Source of the DNA: an uncultured Bacteroidales bacterium
GTDB taxonomy: Bacteria > Bacteroidota > Bacteroidia > Bacteroidales > WCHB1-69
Direction: 5' to 3'
Assembly: GCA_946409645.1 (NCBI GenBank)
Contig: CAMJXE010000001.1
Span: 27,710 to 91,709 of the forward strand
Length of the DNA stretch: 64,000 nt
Shown: one piece after another, positions 39,001 through 46,601 of the stretch
Numbering within the stretch: position 1 is the stretch's first letter
How the letters are laid out: each line of letters begins with the position of its first letter
Notes under the pieces: model-generated
What the model saw: the letters and a program-made list of their open reading frames with translations, nothing else
What the model was told of the DNA's origin: nothing
Databases searched by the model: none
Program-made: the position numbers and the translations under genes

Positions 39001-40549
39001 AATTAGTGTCATAAACGGTAAATTCCGTATAGTTATAATCCCCAGCCGTCTTATAGCCCACGATGTAGCCTATCGGGGCATCTACACAATCGTGCTGCCA
39101 AGAAAGCGTGGCGGAGGAATCGGTGATATTCGTGGTAGTCAGCGTGTTAGGCGGCAGACAAGGAACTCCCGTGATGGAGATATCATCAATGGAAATGCCT
39201 GGATTCCCGTTATCGTATGAACTTTTGTACCAACGGAATGAAAGACGATAAACGCCAGGTGTATCGACACTAAACGTGTAGTTGTGATCCATCCAAACAG
39301 AGTCATACGGCAAGACGGAACCAGAACACAGTTGTTTGAGCGTAGTATTATTGCTCGGCCCGAAATACGGCGTCGTACGCCCATATCCCCGATGTTTGAA
39401 GGAAATCACATATTGGGGATATAGTGTATCTAAATAGAATTCCCTATATGACCATATTTGATTAAACGGGCTAACATTACTACTGCAAATATTCGTAACA
39501 CCATCATCGTATGTATTATACAAAGAATGATTTCCTGAATATGAAACGTATGATCCAATAAACCATTTGCCATAATACAAAGGATAATTGTTCGGCAAGT
39601 TCCATAAAGCATTTTCCACCGAGTCCTCGAAATCGCAGTAATACGGCACATTAGCATACGTTCGCAACGTGGTGAACGTTCTCTCCAAACTCCAGTCACT
39701 TGATGCTGAATCACCACACAAAGCTTTCACTTTCCAATAATAAGTCGTGTTTGGAATCAAATTCGACAACGTGCAGAATGTATCCGAGACCATTACCTCT
39801 GTATAGGATGTGTCCGCTGACGTGCGATAGGCCACCTGATACTGATTCGCCATGCCTAAAACGCCTGGCACCCATGACAAATTTGCCGTGGAGGTTGTGA
39901 TACCGAAAGAAGCTAACATCTCCGGAAATGAACAGTCGTTATCCTGATACGTAAAAGTCAACTTGGGCAGAATATTCCCTTCGTATGGGACATTACTGTT
40001 ATTACCGACCACATTAATGGATGATATTAACAGGGGCATTTGACTTGACGATTGTATTTGCCCATAGAAATGTTCACTTCCGTAACTTCCTCCCGCCGGC
40101 TTATAAACCTCAACCAACAGGTTTCCGCCCGTATATAAGAAAGCCGTGTCCAGCGGAATACGCAAACACCCCTCCTCGAAAAAGGCGGACATCTGCCCTG
40201 ACCACACTTCTACTGTCGGGGAACCCGAAAAACCGCCCAACAGATTGTTGTCATTCGTAACACCCAATCTAACCGTCTGAATCCCATTCCATTGCAATGT
40301 CGGCATAGTTACAAAATACCATGTCAGCGTAGTAATATAATGTCCCTGCAATTCGGTAAGCATGGAAGCCGGATAGATCGACTGCGAATGTTGTGATTGC
40401 GACCAATGATACACCGACAGCGGGTAATACACCGACTCCGAAGTGCCATCGGCCACTGTTATCTGCTGCGCTTCAGCATTGATACCGCACAACATTCCTG
40501 ATATAATCCAAATCAAAAAGAATTTCCTTTTCATATTATCATATTTCAT
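33083..40549 (-). CDS. 2488-aa T9SS cargo: N-terminal domain, ~8 [FN3 + ~180-aa MAM/choice-of-anchor-J-like] modules, T9SS C-terminal sorting domain
   Basis: Signal peptide. Nine FN3-like units (..LSW..Y.V.Y..T.Y.WKV...C....WS....F.T) alternate with PYYCDFE..W..G....SLYVS.D.G.TN......WAYRD..F.F.G.G...VY.G....W.HY.....G.QR.YF.W..D....NP.AIDN units. The tail FPNPATHHLDV..IEIYDIYGRLV..GTYLMRI matches TIGR04183. Confidence 0.85.
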   Translation of the reverse strand: MKYDNMKRKFFLIWIISGMLCGINAEAQQITVADGTSESVYYPLSVYHWSQSQHSQSIYPASMLTELQGHYITTLTWYFVTMPTLQWNGIQTVRLGVTNDNNLLGGFSGSPTVEVWSGQMSAFFEEGCLRIPLDTAFLYTGGNLLVEVYKPAGGSYGSEHFYGQIQSSSQMPLLISSINVVGNNSNVPYEGNILPKLTFTYQDNDCSFPEMLASFGITTSTANLSWVPGVLGMANQYQVAYRTSADTSYTEVMVSDTFCTLSNLIPNTTYYWKVKALCGDSASSDWSLERTFTTLRTYANVPYYCDFEDSVENALWNLPNNYPLYYGKWFIGSYVSYSGNHSLYNTYDDGVTNICSSNVSPFNQIWSYREFYLDTLYPQYVISFKHRGYGRTTPYFGPSNNTTLKQLCSGSVLPYDSVWMDHNYTFSVDTPGVYRLSFRWYKSSYDNGNPGISIDDISITGVPCLPPNTLTTTNITDSSATLSWQHDCVDAPIGYIVGYKTAGDYNYTEFTVYDTNSVTLTGLSIYTDYYWRVKTLYNDSVSTDWSSVATFKTELQWVHPLPYYCDFEDAVENLAWNVPVISGNNKNRWYLGHNTYHSANTSLYVTTKANGSDNSYVYTSESALWTYRDVYFDPQYAGYEFSFDAKVRGDENNAYAIVYIGTPISPSDSMPMDSLVQIGDKIHHTSSGYSPSWKHYEYTLDSTFAGVRRIYFFWQNHNINSGYYPAIAIDDISITGTGCAHPLHLSDSPSDTTAQLTWRACELGSPESYTVAYKSASDSAYTEIVTSDTTVTLTGLQPLTTYSWKVRTNCSDGENSGWSTEQTFNTFQTLATMPYTCGFEESSENAAWANYYEASQHKWCIGSAVQHNGQYSSYISKDNGATYQTNNPNYAEAYLYRDFFFDPTYDEYMLEFDFKTFDTTNQTDISVYVVSPASPGFSVPSNGSLVESIRFTDTLWHHVSIALNRTHVGVQRLVFEWTKDNYNLAKGSCAIDDITFTAVAFGRPYDLVSSNVTHNAALLSWTSGNRQAPASYQLAYREDADTAYTIVSLTDTVWQAASLMSATRYHWKVRAVAADGTLSAWSKEVVFFTAAITPYFTDFENDADWGGWHQASVSFNNDGWIIGDAVAFGGSYSLYVSHDDGVTNTCNSMYSNEDPISVYRDVYFVPGADEYLISFDYLGIEAEIKLQSLEDSLSNAVLVGSVPSSNQWQHHYIVIDSSFSGFQHLFFDRIRADASDKAGAVDNLKVSVSTCPPPTMLVTTMTAPNAARFTWSPVGSQAYTLAYKPQGDTVYTMVNVQDTSVLITNLIPDIPYFWKVRTQCGDDPGDWSSECPFHTQPLLPYFCDFEDGDEIDHWTYDHGSDWNYLTIGAAPMDNGNVTLHVGSAFGDGNYNYYATARLWAYRDIFLGGDVDKYQISFDYRGLGQTDADFARVYLGPPATPSGLNAPEGAEQLGGDLCMVPSWTHYSFEVDSSHSGLQRIYFQWRCDSYNGMNPGAAIDNITVQVSDCAIPVNLVAHSTTDTSVTLSWNPGNANALPMSYTVAYKLLNDSAFIEVTSADTFLQITGLLPDSYYYWMVRANCSDTDHSLWSNGARFTTLQPMCATLPYECGFEDASENTSWSFVCLSGPNEWMIGDGVHLSGDSALYVTDDSATNHYSNGSVSQIWAYRDIYFPPGNDEYDLSFDFKGKGSSSHYAKVFLGTPATPFETFTPEGSEQLGASLYNQESWQHYHFYIDAAHSGVQRLYVMWTNNTYSVTQPPAAFDNFEIAANPCREPVELWSAASDSSATLSWTLRRGGQGTNYTVAYRPQNDTAYTYVTVSDTFLTVQNLLSNVFYYWKVKQNCDVQYSQWSEESSFYTNGNILYVCDFDTPESVSSWQMSSNVSSQRWFVGRHAECMPNGTLYVSSDNGQTNSYNPSVTANCWAYTDIFVTPGHSTYYFSFDFKGMGEYNYDYVDAFVGPTTLPSGNSTPSGALKLASKLCLKDGWTHYQYTFDSTHTGFQRIYFLWRNDNSGGTNPPAAIDNVCLSTEDMQPPMMQVVPTDISALVTWNMADTLTPASYTVEYAMLTDSVMAVVTVNDTMCNITNLQPVTDYLVRVRANYADGQSGLWQMREFQTQHQLAHIPYYCDFEDPVEVNSWQYVSYGSVNQWVVDTAATQSEGHSLYVSNDGGLTNAYTFNSPSTLWAYRDFHIDPEQNPYQITFDFRGIGEIYNNTVYDYAKVFIGPVATPNVGSNYVVIPDGAVQIDTILYQRDQWTTYSDTFNATTSVVRLYILWRNDGSLGNNPAGAFDNICIVPFGCNPPAAIAIDSVSYTEMSFSITDILAFHHEWDITLLAEGDTLDESLVLTLQDTMSHTFTELDSGTVYTLYVRTRCDEEDFSDWITLTFCTLIDTSIVDTTQIIDSVSVAHYLLEHAISIFPNPATHHLDVRAESDINISFIEIYDIYGRLVLRSEAIEDPKRVHVSKLSSGTYLMRINTDKGAVTKKFVKR

Positions 40550-40571
40550 AATTAATCTTGAACTTTGAAGT

Positions 40572-43500
40572 TTAATAATTCCTCACGCAACGCACCGAAT
40601 ATGCCCACTGATAATGATTGGAACTTTGTGATAGGACACGATAGTTGTATGAAATCTTGAACACATGGCATGCACTGTAAACACCGGGATTTAAAGAGCG
40701 GCTCCAAAAGAATGCAGACTGGCCAACCTGAAAATCAACATCATAGTGTCCGCCCGAAGGGAAAGCAGAGAACCCCGTAAGATTGTTGTTACTAGGAGTG
40801 GCTCCCGGCACGCAATTCTCTGTAGAGATATTCCAACCCGAAACACCCGCCAATGCCTTGGCGACGCTTGTGGTATCATCTCCACAACCATAATAATGAC
40901 CCGTGTAATTCCTCAGAACTAACCACTCGGCATCATCAGGAACATGCCATCCATCAGGACAAATGCCTTGAGCATCCACATTATTGACAGGGGAATTGTT
41001 TGTAAGGGCATTCCAATTGTATAAATAACCATATTTGGGAAACAGACTATCAGCAATAGAATGATGATAATAATAGGGGATACTCTCCGAAGAACCTCCT
41101 AATGCGATAGGCGTTCCATCGGGAAAATGGGTGGTGTAGAGATTTGATTTCATCCAGCATTGGCTGCCCACTTGCACGGTATTATAGACGTGACCCTCAT
41201 AATCGGTCAGCGTGGGGGTTCCTATGCAGGGCTGCCCATCCTCCGCCACCGTCAGCAGCAGATAGTCGTCGCTGAAAAGGAGCGTGCCGTTGGAAACGCA
41301 ATATCCACGCAGATAATAGGTGGAGGCCCGTTCAAGACTATCCACAAGAATGTCGAAAACGTTGTCCGTGCTGGTTGTTGGGAAATTCCGATTCGAAAGA
41401 TCTGGCTGCGGCAGCGTGTCCAAGCAAAGTCCCCGGTTGGAGATGGCAGCGGAACTGTCGCATACGATAGTCACCCGCATGGTGGCGTAGTTGTGATCAA
41501 GATGGACTAAGGAGAGATGAACAGAAGTGGGAATGGTGTCCGGCGCGAAACTCAGGATGTTGCCATAGACCGTACCCATCGCGTTGGTAGCATACGGGCG
41601 GACATAGCAGAGTGTGTCATGGATGCCGCCAATAATCTGCTGGAAAGCACCCACTGTGCCGTTCCACTCGACATGGTTGTCCGTCAAAGTTGGCGTTGGG
41701 TTTGCCGACCAGCATAATCCCACCACTGCGGTTGCGTCGCCACCATCCGTCAGCAGTGCTCCTTGACAGGTGGCATACGAGGAACCGATGTTGGTAATGG
41801 AGTCCAACGCCACAGCCGGAAGTCCGATTTCTGTGGTAAAATCGACCACATCCCCATAGCCTGTACCTACGGCGTTGGTAGCGTAAGCCCTTGCATAATA
41901 GTGAGAGGCTGAGGTAAGGTTGGTCAAAACACAGCTAAAACTATCTGAGGCTGTGGATGTTGTCACGTAGCTGTCCGTTAATGTAGGCACGTCAGTCAGT
42001 CCCCAACAAATGCCGCGCTCCAAAATGGGCACACCGCCATCATTCACAATCAAGCCACCCACGATTGCGGAAGTATCCGTAATCGATGAGACTTGCACGG
42101 TCATGAGGGATGGAGCAACGTTTGCATCCGTGGTGAAGGTGACCGTTTCGCCATAGACGGTGGCGTAGGCGTTAGTGGCGTAAGCGCGACAGTAGTAGGG
42201 TGTCCCTGCGGTCAGTCCCGTCAGCGTTGCGGTGAAAGTACCCATTCCTGATCCAACAGCCATATTGGAGGCCGCAAGAGTCGGGTTCGGCAGCGTGTCC
42301 CAGCAGAAACCGCGTTCCGTCACAGTCGCCAGTCCTTCAGAAAGGACCTCGCCGCTACATACGACCGAATTGCGCGTTACGGAAGTAACAGCGCCAGAGG
42401 CTACATACGGACTGTCAATCGGACAGGCAATTGGGACATCGATGGCGATTTCCGCCTCTTCTACGTAACCATTATCAGCATTGAGAGCATCCAAGACACG
42501 GATTTGCCAAAGACCGTTCAGCGGACAACCGACCAAATAGGAGAACGATTCGTCCGGTTTATACATGTTAGACAACGTGGTCACATCCGTAGCCGCGACA
42601 TAATTATTCGTACTGCCGTTAAAGCTGGGATTATACGTGGTAAAATGGTTACACGATTCCCAAACCCGCGAACCTCCGCAGGCATACGTCTGTCCGTGAG
42701 TAGTGTCCATTGACCAGCAGTAATTCCAACATTCGCCCATTGGATTCACAGTCGGATCGCAACTAGGATTGCTGTTGTGTATGTCATAACATCCAAAGTG
42801 AGCATATTGTGGTTCGTTGTTGCCCCCTGGCCATCCCCAATACAACAATGGGATAAGACTTGCACAACCGTTATATTGGCTTGATTGCCCCGACCAACTT
42901 TTTGTCATTATGGTAGCGGATTGTTCATTGGGACAAACCAACTGAATCCAAAGGTCTCCGATTCGTTCGTGTTCCATTTTCAAGCGAACGTAAGTCAACT
43001 GTTCTATACTTTGCAACACCGCATCCGGATCATAACCATAGATATGAATATTCATGGTACCGAAGCAATCTCCGTCACACTCCACGCCATCTGGAATAAG
43101 CACCGTGTTGGTATCAACAAAATGCCGCACTCCGGAAAGCTCCCCCAAGGTGGCGAATGTCAGAACGACTGTCTCATCCGGAATGGTGGTGATTTCCATG
43201 GTTTCACTCGGCAGAAATAGTTCATTCACCTGACGGAAACCTGTAACACGAAGCAGGTCACCGTCCTCATAACCGCCACTCCTGCTGGATTTTAAGGTAT
43301 ATGACAATGCATACTCCCCATTATAGGCTATATGGCTGCTGCCGCCAGATCCGTTGTTCACCATCTTGATGGAAACTTTCTCGCGAGTCGTCCTTACCAT
43401 CAGTAAATACTGCTGCGGCGTGTTCAGCCAAACGCGGAAGGTGTGCGCACCCGCCGAAAGCCGCTGCGACTTACCCGTCACTTTCCGTCCAGCCATGTCG

Positions 43501-43838
43501 AACACTTCAATGCTCACCTTGTCCTCGTTGGGCATCATGAGCGTGAAATCCGTCACCCCGTCGAAAGGGTTGGGCGTATTCTGCAACAGGGTCAGCTTCT
43601 CCACCCGTTCATAGTTCTCCAGCCCCACCCCCGACAAAACGAGAATGGTGTCCGGATAAAACAAGGTATCCGACCATTCTTGCGTAATATCCTCAATGAC
43701 AGCATGATGTAACTGCACGTAACTACCATGACTGTCTTGTCCCGTAAGGCGAATGCTTGGTTGAGCCAAAGTGGGAGCTTGGAGCAGCGTCAACAGCACT
43801 CCCACTGTTGTGATGATGTTTAAGACTTGCTTGATCAT
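40572..43838 (-). CDS. FISUMP-domain surface protein, paralog 1 (1088 aa)
   Basis: Signal peptide, N-proximal T9SS-CTD/FlgD-Ig-like segment, P-domain-like RLKMEHERIGDLWIQLVCPNEQSATI, and four ~90-aa G.CW...P.PT..D...YY.RAYATN..G..YG units. The C-terminal FISUMP domain reads GSQCWMKSNL..YGYLYNWNA..CPDGWHVPDDAEW..SVRCVRN. Confidence 0.8.
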   Translation of the reverse strand: MIKQVLNIITTVGVLLTLLQAPTLAQPSIRLTGQDSHGSYVQLHHAVIEDITQEWSDTLFYPDTILVLSGVGLENYERVEKLTLLQNTPNPFDGVTDFTLMMPNEDKVSIEVFDMAGRKVTGKSQRLSAGAHTFRVWLNTPQQYLLMVRTTREKVSIKMVNNGSGGSSHIAYNGEYALSYTLKSSRSGGYEDGDLLRVTGFRQVNELFLPSETMEITTIPDETVVLTFATLGELSGVRHFVDTNTVLIPDGVECDGDCFGTMNIHIYGYDPDAVLQSIEQLTYVRLKMEHERIGDLWIQLVCPNEQSATIMTKSWSGQSSQYNGCASLIPLLYWGWPGGNNEPQYAHFGCYDIHNSNPSCDPTVNPMGECWNYCWSMDTTHGQTYACGGSRVWESCNHFTTYNPSFNGSTNNYVAATDVTTLSNMYKPDESFSYLVGCPLNGLWQIRVLDALNADNGYVEEAEIAIDVPIACPIDSPYVASGAVTSVTRNSVVCSGEVLSEGLATVTERGFCWDTLPNPTLAASNMAVGSGMGTFTATLTGLTAGTPYYCRAYATNAYATVYGETVTFTTDANVAPSLMTVQVSSITDTSAIVGGLIVNDGGVPILERGICWGLTDVPTLTDSYVTTSTASDSFSCVLTNLTSASHYYARAYATNAVGTGYGDVVDFTTEIGLPAVALDSITNIGSSYATCQGALLTDGGDATAVVGLCWSANPTPTLTDNHVEWNGTVGAFQQIIGGIHDTLCYVRPYATNAMGTVYGNILSFAPDTIPTSVHLSLVHLDHNYATMRVTIVCDSSAAISNRGLCLDTLPQPDLSNRNFPTTSTDNVFDILVDSLERASTYYLRGYCVSNGTLLFSDDYLLLTVAEDGQPCIGTPTLTDYEGHVYNTVQVGSQCWMKSNLYTTHFPDGTPIALGGSSESIPYYYHHSIADSLFPKYGYLYNWNALTNNSPVNNVDAQGICPDGWHVPDDAEWLVLRNYTGHYYGCGDDTTSVAKALAGVSGWNISTENCVPGATPSNNNLTGFSAFPSGGHYDVDFQVGQSAFFWSRSLNPGVYSACHVFKISYNYRVLSQSSNHYQWAYSVRCVRNY

Positions 43839-43864
43839 AATTTGATTCGATTAATTATCGATGG

Positions 43865-43872
43865 CAAAGATA
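43865..43872 (-). promoter_or_regulatory. -7 box TATCTTTG for FISUMP paralog 1
   Basis: Reverse complement of CAAAGATA; start codon at 43838. Confidence 0.5.
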
Positions 43873-43887
43873 CAACAAATTCGCCTA

Positions 43888-44050
43888 TAAATATTCCGTC
43901 ATTTCCAAAATATGTTCCGTCTCAACCAAAAATATGACGAGTGGGGTATTATTTGAGGCTTAACGGATAAAAACAGCGTTGAAAATCAAGATGTTGTCGA
44001 AAACCGCCAGGTTATGGATGTGAGACGGAATAAAGCGGGGTTTTGAGAGG
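43888..44050 (-). promoter_or_regulatory. conserved upstream element, copy 1 (~165 bp)
   Basis: About 85-90 % identical by eye to 50809..50972. TTCCGTC occurs at 43894 and 43915 (21-bp phase), with an inverted GACGGAA at 44024. Confidence 0.6.
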
Positions 44051-44083
44051 GAAATAAGAAAAAAGACGGCATTTTCGGGTTCG

Positions 44084-45298
44084 TCACACTGACGGTAACC
44101 CTTCCTTGAGAAACTTTCTTAAGGACAAATGAGTGATTCCATTTTCGTCTCTTGTATTCAACAATGGTGTTGCACTGATGACGAATTTCGGGTGATTGTC
44201 GCGAATCTTTTCCAAAGGGCCGAATTCCCGCTTGCGGGTGGACTCTTCGGCTATAATATAGCTCGCCTGAATGTAAACGGTCTTGCCGGGCTTGGTGCAG
44301 ACGAAATCCACCTCCCCTGCATTCAGCACGCCCACCTTCACCTCGTAGCCGAGAAAGCGCAGATGCTTGTAAATGGCATTCTCGATTACTTTCTCAATAT
44401 AAGAATCCATGCCACCCTCCGCTTTGAGATTGCGAAGCCCCAAGTCGTCCCAATAGATCTTTTCGTTGGACTCGAAAATCTTCTTCCCGTGTATGTCGTA
44501 ACGGGGCACGATGTCTAACAGGTAAGCTTCGGCATAGAAGCCCCGATAGAGCAGGACAAGGTTGGCCGACACATTCTCATGTTGCGACTTCATGTATTTG
44601 GCAATGCTGTTGGCCGAGGTGAGTTTGCCGGTGGTATCAGCATAGAAGGCGATGAGGTTGTTTAAGAAAGGGATGTTGCGGATGTCGTGCCGCTCGATGA
44701 TATCCTTGAGCATGATCGTATTGAAGACACTGGTGAGATAGGCCAAAACCTGCTCGTCACTGTCAAGCCCCACTTTCCTGAGACCAGGAAGACCGCCGTA
44801 GGTCAGATAAATCATGAGGCTTTCGTCGCTGTCGGGAAGGTTGTGGAATTCCAGAAACTCGGAATAGGTGAGCGGATGGATGCGCACCTCCACATGTCGT
44901 CCGGAAATCAAGGTGGCCAACTCGCCGGAAAGCATCTTGGAATTGCTGCCGGTAATGATGACATCCGTGTTATCCTCTGAGTACCAGTTGCAAATGCTCT
45001 CTTCAAAGTGCTCAATTTCCTGCACCTCGTCAATGAGGATAAAGTTGTGCTTTCCCGGGATGAAGCGTGCTTCAATCCAGTTATCCAAGTCGTCTTTGGT
45101 CTTGATGTCTTTAAACGCCTTCTTTTCCTTGTCTATAAAAATGATATTGACATCCGTCTCATCCATGTGACGCTGCACAAAGTCTTTGAGAACATAGCTT
45201 TTGCCAACGCGGCGCGAGCCAACCAAGGCGATGATGTTGCCTTTGCCTATCCACGAATCCACAATATCCGCATAGTGCCTCCTTGTAAGTACTTCCAT
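44084..45298 (-). CDS. AAA ATPase with DUF4143-type C-terminal domain (COG1373-like)
   Basis: Walker A GSRRVGKS, Walker B FILIDEVQ, and C-terminal GEVDFVCTKPGKTVYIQASY. Confidence 0.8.
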   Translation of the reverse strand: MEVLTRRHYADIVDSWIGKGNIIALVGSRRVGKSYVLKDFVQRHMDETDVNIIFIDKEKKAFKDIKTKDDLDNWIEARFIPGKHNFILIDEVQEIEHFEESICNWYSEDNTDVIITGSNSKMLSGELATLISGRHVEVRIHPLTYSEFLEFHNLPDSDESLMIYLTYGGLPGLRKVGLDSDEQVLAYLTSVFNTIMLKDIIERHDIRNIPFLNNLIAFYADTTGKLTSANSIAKYMKSQHENVSANLVLLYRGFYAEAYLLDIVPRYDIHGKKIFESNEKIYWDDLGLRNLKAEGGMDSYIEKVIENAIYKHLRFLGYEVKVGVLNAGEVDFVCTKPGKTVYIQASYIIAEESTRKREFGPLEKIRDNHPKFVISATPLLNTRDENGITHLSLRKFLKEGLPSV

Positions 45299-45322
45299 TT
45301 TCCTTTGTATTATAACTGGCGG

Positions 45323-45330
45323 CAAAGATA
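45323..45330 (-). promoter_or_regulatory. -7 box TATCTTTG
   Basis: Reverse complement of CAAAGATA; start codon at 45298. Confidence 0.5.
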
Positions 45331-45400
45331 ATAATTTTTATTGTCCATAGACAACAAAAAAATGAAAAATATAATTTTTATTGTTTATAGACAATAAAAA
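45331..45400. repeat. two 30-bp direct copies (40-bp period) of a palindromic unit ATTTTTATTGT-n6-ACAATAAAAAT
   Basis: 45331..45360 versus 45371..45400, with 3 mismatches. The second copy is a perfect 11-bp-arm palindrome. Confidence 0.8.
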
Positions 45401-45467
45401 TCGATATTTTGGGCGAATCAAACAAACAAGACATCCAACACACCGTGTCGAAGGGCATCGGTTCGAA

Positions 45468-45818
45468 CTACTTATACTTCACCAAGTCCCCTTCCGCGTA
45501 CGGAATCCCTATCAGTAGGGCGGGAATGTAGGAGAAACGGACGTTCACGATGGCGTCCGCCTGCTGTTTCTGCGCCTGCTTCTGCAGGGCATAAACCAGC
45601 TGCTTGTTCGAAGAGAATACAAAGCCGCTTGCCTCTACGTGGCCGATCACCTCGTAGGCCCTGTCGGGCTTCTCCGTGGAATAGTAGCACTGAATGGTCT
45701 TTGTTGAGGTGTCGTTCTTGGCTTTCGGGGTGGTTGACACGAAACTCCCCGTCGCGCAGGAGGTAACCAATATCGCACAAGCGATAAAGAACATTACTCT
45801 TTTCATTGCTTTTTTCAT
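45468..45818 (-). CDS. small lipoprotein, unknown function
   Basis: Lipobox MFFIACAILVTSC. Confidence 0.6.
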   Translation of the reverse strand: MKKAMKRVMFFIACAILVTSCATGSFVSTTPKAKNDTSTKTIQCYYSTEKPDRAYEVIGHVEASGFVFSSNKQLVYALQKQAQKQQADAIVNVRFSYIPALLIGIPYAEGDLVKYK

Positions 45819-46015
45819 TGTTGTTATTGATTTTGATGATTATTGCTTTTTCGGTTTGTCATGCGGTCATAACAACGGTCACAGACACCGTCTTATTATT
45901 TCATTAGATATATTTTCCTCAACTATCTTGATTCTCAGCAACTTGCGCCGCGTGCCAGCGGCACGAAATCTCAATAACCCCATACGAAACGAACGGAGTG
46001 AGTGCCGTGTGGGGT

Positions 46016-46573
46016 TTAAGGAAAAATATCTTCGGTTTTTTCATACGATTGTACTAAATGTTCATTGGAGAACAGTAGAAAACGATGGTGAGAAACACTT
46101 TGTAGTTGGTCTTTCGGAATCAACTCCGACAGAAATCGCTTCATGTATGAATTACAATAGCTGGTTTTATAGTAAAATTCGTTAACACTCAGCATCGGAC
46201 GAGACAGAAATTCATTCTGCAGGAATGCATCTGTGTAATACTCGGTTAAGACATATAAGTTAAGATTCACGCTGTCACAAAAATCTTGAATGGTTTTCAA
46301 AGGAATGCAAACGCTGCTCGAACAATGAGGTGACCATAGGTATAGTAGCGTGTTTCCGCTTCTTGCCAACAAGACAGACAGTTGATTTGCGGTGATCGCC
46401 ATGATTTTTCCGTTATTTTGATCAGGGATTTCATCCACTGAACTCACAAAGCAGATCTTCCCTTGCTCGTCAGCCGGCAATCGTTTGTAACCGCTATTGA
46501 AGCCAGGCGTATGAATTATGGCACAAGCATGGAACAGCACAATTAGAGATAGAAATACTAAAACCCTTTTCAT
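46016..46573 (-). CDS. lipoprotein, possibly degenerate thioredoxin-like fold
   Basis: Signal MKRVLVFLSLIVLFHAC. LLYLWSPHCSSSVC sits where a Trx WCxxC motif would. The start is trimmed to avoid overlap with the upstream gene. Confidence 0.45.
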   Translation of the reverse strand: MKRVLVFLSLIVLFHACAIIHTPGFNSGYKRLPADEQGKICFVSSVDEIPDQNNGKIMAITANQLSVLLARSGNTLLYLWSPHCSSSVCIPLKTIQDFCDSVNLNLYVLTEYYTDAFLQNEFLSRPMLSVNEFYYKTSYCNSYMKRFLSELIPKDQLQSVSHHRFLLFSNEHLVQSYEKTEDIFP

Positions 46574-46601
46574 AGCAAGAGGAGATCTGTCGTGGTAGGT
46601 C

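Noticed and set aside
43915-44030. Invertible promoter (inverton) bounded by the 10-bp inverted repeat TTCCGTCTCA / TGAGACGGAA and containing a TATTTTTG box
   Set aside because: The inverted repeat is only 10 bp. No invertase or recombinase gene is nearby. Both copies are in the same orientation. The same words also occur as phased direct repeats, which fits a regulator-binding array better. This remains testable with read-orientation analysis.
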